Assembly: GCA_963842525.1 (NCBI GenBank)
Contig: CAWJGT010000009.1
Span: forward strand, 1,248,001 to 1,312,000
DNA: 64,000 bases
Direction of reading: 5' to 3'
Source of the DNA: an uncultured Holophagales bacterium
GTDB taxonomy: Bacteria; Acidobacteriota; Thermoanaerobaculia; Multivoradales; UBA5704
A program made the translations under genes and the position numbers. Below, piece after piece: positions 62,963-64,000 of the stretch. Positions within the stretch are counted from its first letter, which is position 1, and each line of letters opens with the position of its first letter. The notes under the pieces were generated by a model that saw nothing but the letters and a program-made list of their open reading frames with translations, was not told the DNA's origin and did no database searches.

Positions 62963-63634
62963 TCAGTTCTTCGACACCACAAAGCGGGTGGCGTCGCCGC
63001 GGTCGTGGGTCGTGGGATCGTCGGTCACGGCGTCGGCGTCGTTGGTGCCATCGGCGTTGCTGTCGTAGCGGAGCGTCCCCTGGCTCGCCAGGATCGCCTC
63101 GAAAGGCTCCACGCCGAGGCCGCCGACGGTCTGGCGCAGGTAGACGGTGCGCGCACCGCCGGGGCTGCGGCTTTCGCTCTGGATCTCCAGGTGCTCGACC
63201 TGGTCCGGGGCGAGGCCGTAGACGGCGCCGTGGGTGCGGAGGAAGCCGAGGACGATGGCTGCGCCGTCGCGGTCGGGCGCCGCCGGGGTGAGCGGGGTGC
63301 CGGCGGCGGAGACGACTTCGATGCCGCCGCCGATGGGGGAGGGCTCGATGCGGACGCCTGGGGCTGCGGTCTCCAGGCGGGCGGCGCCCTTCCGCATGCT
63401 CTGGCCCAGGGTTTGCGCGGAGGCGGTGATACGACGCACGGGGGCGCCGTAGGCTTCGGCGATCCGGGCGAGGTCGGTCTTGCCGAGGACCCGAACGTCG
63501 TAATGGCCGAGGAAGGCGTCGGCGGGAGCATTGCCCGGCAACGGTCCGGTCGCCGTTTTGGCGGCCGGCGCGAGGGCGAAGAGGGACAACGCGAGCAGAA
63601 GGGGGACGACGATTCGAAAGGACGTCTGGCGCAT
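62963..63634 (-). pseudogene. Secreted-protein fragment: peptidase-propeptide-like N-terminus joined to an unrelated surface-protein segment
   Basis: Signal peptide, FLRTHGAVYGL...VYLRQTVGGLGV, then an abrupt switch to SQGTLRYDSNADGTND...TDDP. Confidence 0.45.
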
Positions 63635-63779
63635 GGTCTGGCCTCCCGAGGCCCACCTGGCAGAATTTCTCAGTGTATGATGAAAGTGTACTGCACGAAG
63701 GAGGCCGCGTCAACGGCCCTCGCCGCGGGATGGGCGAGGGCTCGTGCGCGTTGAGGGCGGAGCTGAGGCCGAGCCGGCT

Positions 63780-63968
63780 TCAGAGCCCGTCGAGGAGCGA
63801 GCCCAGGATCAGCAGGGCCCCGGCCACGACGAGCGACCAGAAGCCGAGGTTGCTCGGGGGATGGATCATGCCCAATCCCGCCAGGAGGCCGATGATCCAC
63901 AGGATGATCGCGATGATGAGGGTCACTTCCTTCGGGGCCTGCGTCCTGAATCCTCCACGCCTTGCCAT
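63780..63968 (-). CDS. Small two-TM membrane protein
   Basis: GGAGGA RBS; two hydrophobic helices ending LLILGSLLDGL. Confidence 0.7.
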   Translation of the reverse strand: MARRGGFRTQAPKEVTLIIAIILWIIGLLAGLGMIHPPSNLGFWSLVVAGALLILGSLLDGL

Positions 63969-64000
63969 GGGGCTTCCTCCTCCCTGAATTCGGTCCGCGC

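Noticed and set aside
1-64000. tRNA, rRNA, integrase or prophage genes
   Set aside because: None recognised by eye. A covariance-model scan would be needed to exclude small RNAs.

Overview
High-GC bacterial window. The gene content (exosortase H, DUF11 and CBM9/DUF5916 proteins, HLxxGCxxC zinc-finger ORFs, TIR-STAND-TPR) suggests Acidobacteriota, possibly Thermoanaerobaculia; this is inference. Many conserved genes (smc, pyrB, one RND permease) carry single-base frameshifts, most likely long-read indel errors. The standout is a putative RiPP-type operon at about 11.9-17.2 kb. A sigma70-like promoter precedes a 512-aa Cys/Thr/Gly protein made of about 19-21 tandem ITCGGxTxCGG[IV]xTCGxTC units (hand count about 86 Thr and 86 Cys). 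It is followed by a hairpin, an APH-family kinase, a HopA1-like lyase and a stand-alone LanC cyclase with intact Zn motifs. This is a class V-type split dehydratase paired with a classical LanC, next to a giant poly-repeat substrate, with no LanD, protease or dedicated exporter adjacent. Other contents: three degenerate 21-bp-period intergenic arrays; two RND paralogues split by a vapBC/STAND-ATPase/rhuM island; a RAYT transposase with cognate REPs (one REP pair sits inside a TIR-STAND gene); gpmA, smc, pyrRBC and mtnBDC; a BlaI/M56-ankyrin unit with a 36-bp operator; and several gene fragments.
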